In this document: in pieces, positions 62,401 to 64,000 of the stretch
How positions within the stretch are numbered: the stretch's first letter is position 1
Layout of the letters: every line of letters begins with the position of its first letter
NCBI GenBank assembly: GCA_964035545.1
Contig: CAXIUT010000183.1
Location: 1,612,001 to 1,676,000, forward strand
Direction of reading: 5' to 3'
Source of the DNA: Bugula neritina
Lineage: Eukaryota; Animalia; Bryozoa
Length of the DNA stretch: 64,000 nt
The notes under the pieces: model-generated
Seen by the model: only the letters and a program-made list of their open reading frames with translations
What the model was told of the DNA's origin: nothing
The model's database searches: none
Translations under genes and position numbers: made by a program

Positions 62401-64000
62401 TACTGCAACATACTGCAACATACTGAAATACACTGTAATATACTGAAATAAACTGCAACATAGTACAACATATTGAAATACACTGCAACACATTGAAATA
62501 CACTGCAACTTACCGAATATATGGTAAACTACTGAAATATACTGTAACGCATTGAAAAATACTGCAACATACTGAAATATATTGCGACACATTGCAATAT
62601 ACTGTAACATACTGAAAAATGCTGTAGCAAACTGAAATATACTGCAATTCACTGAAATATACTGCAACATACTGAAATACACCGCAACATCCTACAACAT
62701 ACTGAAATACACTGTAACATATTGAAATACACTGCAACACATTGAAATATACTGCAACATAACGAAACATATGGTAAACTACTGAAATAAATTTTAACAC
62801 ATTGAAAAATACTGCAACGTACTGAAATATATTTTAACCCATTGAAAAATACTGCAACATACTGAAATAAGTAACATACTGAAGTACACTGCAACATACT
62901 ACCACATATTGAAATACACTGCAACACATTGAAATGTACTGCAACATACCGAAATATATGGTAAACTACTAAAATATACTGTAACACATTGAAAAATACT
63001 GCAACGTACTGAAATATACTGCGACACCTAGCAATATACTGTAACATACTGAAATATGCTCTAGCACACTGAAATACAATGCAACTTACTGATATATACT
63101 GCAACATACTGAAATACACTGCAACATCCTACAATATGCTAAAATACACTGTAACATATTGAAATACACTGCAACACTTTGAAATATACTGCAACATACC
63201 GAAATATATGGTAAACTACTGCAACATACTACAACATATTGAAATACACTGCAACACATTGAAATATACTGCAACATACCTAAATATACGGTAATATACT
63301 GAAATATACTGTAACACATTGAAAAATACTGCAACATACTGAAATATACTGTAACACACCGAAATATACAGCAACATACTGAAATACACTGTAACATACT
63401 GAAATATACTGCAACATACTGAAACACACTGCTACATACTGAAATATACTGCAACATACTGCAACATACTGCAACATACTGAAATACACTGTAACATACT
63501 GAAATAAACTGCAACATACTACAACATATTGAAATACACTGCAACACATTGAAATATACTGCAACATACCTAAATATACGGTAATATACTGAAATTCACT
63601 GTAACGCATTGCAAAATACTGCAACATACTGAAATTCACTGCGACACACTGAAATACGCTGCAAAATACTACAACATACTGAAATAAACTGTAACATATT
63701 GAAATACACTGCAACACATTGAAAAATACTGCAACATACTGAAATATACTGTAACACACTGAAATATACTGCAACATACTGAAATACACTGTAACATACT
63801 GAAATATACTGCAACATACTGAAATACACTGCTACATACTGAAATATACTGCAACATACTGCAATACACTGTAACATACTGAAATATACTGCAACATACT
63901 GAAATACACTGCTACATACTGAAATATACTGCAACATACTGCAACATACTGCAACATACTGAAGTACGCTGTAACATACTGAAATACACTGTAACATACT
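59434..64000 (+). repeat. More diverged mosaic segment of the same satellite, with no tandem kb-scale period visible inside the window
   Basis: Many variants not seen elsewhere (60289, 60343, 60392, 61750-61810, 61955, 62839, 3-bp deletion at ~62870). Contains single copies of modules from both the left and right domains. Confidence 0.75.

Larger units (their letters stand above)
1..64000 (+). repeat. Satellite DNA array: 10-bp basic unit arranged as a 20-bp dimer (ACTGCAACAT/ACTGTAACAT + ACTGAAATAT/ACTGAAATAC), head-to-tail, one orientation, extending beyond both window edges
   Basis: Every 10-base block of the listing is a variant of the same unit from base 1 to 64000. No unique sequence or orientation switch is visible. 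The consensus dimer has 9 A, 5 T, 4 C and 2 G. Confidence 0.99.

Noticed and set aside
7-63997. Hundreds of minus-strand ORFs (up to 328 aa) rich in C, Y, V, F, S and Q, resembling membrane or Cys-rich proteins
   Set aside because: They overlap in all three frames, encode the same cyclic peptide, and follow directly from a stop-free 20-bp consensus. The repeat period is not a multiple of 3 and no domain is recognisable.
1-64000. CRISPR array or cassette array (e.g. GGTAA landmarks as repeats with spacers)
   Set aside because: The intervening DNA is the same 10-bp repeat rather than unique spacers. No leader, cas, integrase or recombinase gene is present.
1-64000. Telomeric repeat or G-quadruplex array
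   Set aside because: There is strand asymmetry but no G-runs in the consensus of either strand. Inherited kb-scale variant patterns indicate recombinational copying rather than telomerase synthesis.
1-64000. Identity with known short satellites, such as the TTGCA pentamer of Parascaris germline-limited DNA or Drosophila AATAT/AATAC repeats
   Set aside because: Only 5-bp words are shared and they are not tandemly repeated here, which is not enough to assign family or host.
1-64000. Embedded transposon, unique island or inversion
   Set aside because: None seen on reading through. The register bookkeeping (51 bp of deletions matching the net phase shift) is consistent with no foreign insert.
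1-64000. Whole array as a synthetic sequence or pure assembly artefact
   Set aside because: Nested shared variants, private SNVs and graded divergence look like natural evolution. Exact copy numbers of the youngest HORs remain unverified without reads.

Overview
The whole 64 kb window is one uninterrupted, single-orientation, eukaryote-type satellite DNA array. I see no real gene, RNA gene, transposon or CRISPR. It is built hierarchically: a 10-bp unit (ACTG[C/T/A]AA[C/T]A[T/C]) alternates as a 20-bp dimer (consensus ACTGCAACAT-ACTGAAATA[T/C], ~30% GC, + strand A-rich and G-poor). Dimers form a degenerate ~250-bp monomer marked by a rare GGTAA landmark, and monomers form near-identical kb-scale higher-order repeats (HORs) whose period changes along the window: 1299, 2138/2458, 4187 and a 7844 offset on the left (1-22.6 kb); 2398/2418 in a hybrid zone (22.4-28.5 kb); 3917, 6835, 5456 and 2548 on the right (27.6-59.4 kb); then a more diverged mosaic (59.4-64 kb). 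The 10-bp register is almost perfectly kept. Only three kinds of net out-of-register indel were found (34 copies of one 1-bp deletion, 14 copies of a second, one 3-bp deletion), and they account for the last digit of every HOR length. The hundreds of minus-strand ORFs are artefacts of a stop-free repeat consensus. Host and function (centromeric, pericentromeric, subtelomeric, germline-restricted) cannot be determined from this window. All counts and boundaries were read by eye from the sequence and the ORF coordinates; boundaries are approximate to tens of bp.
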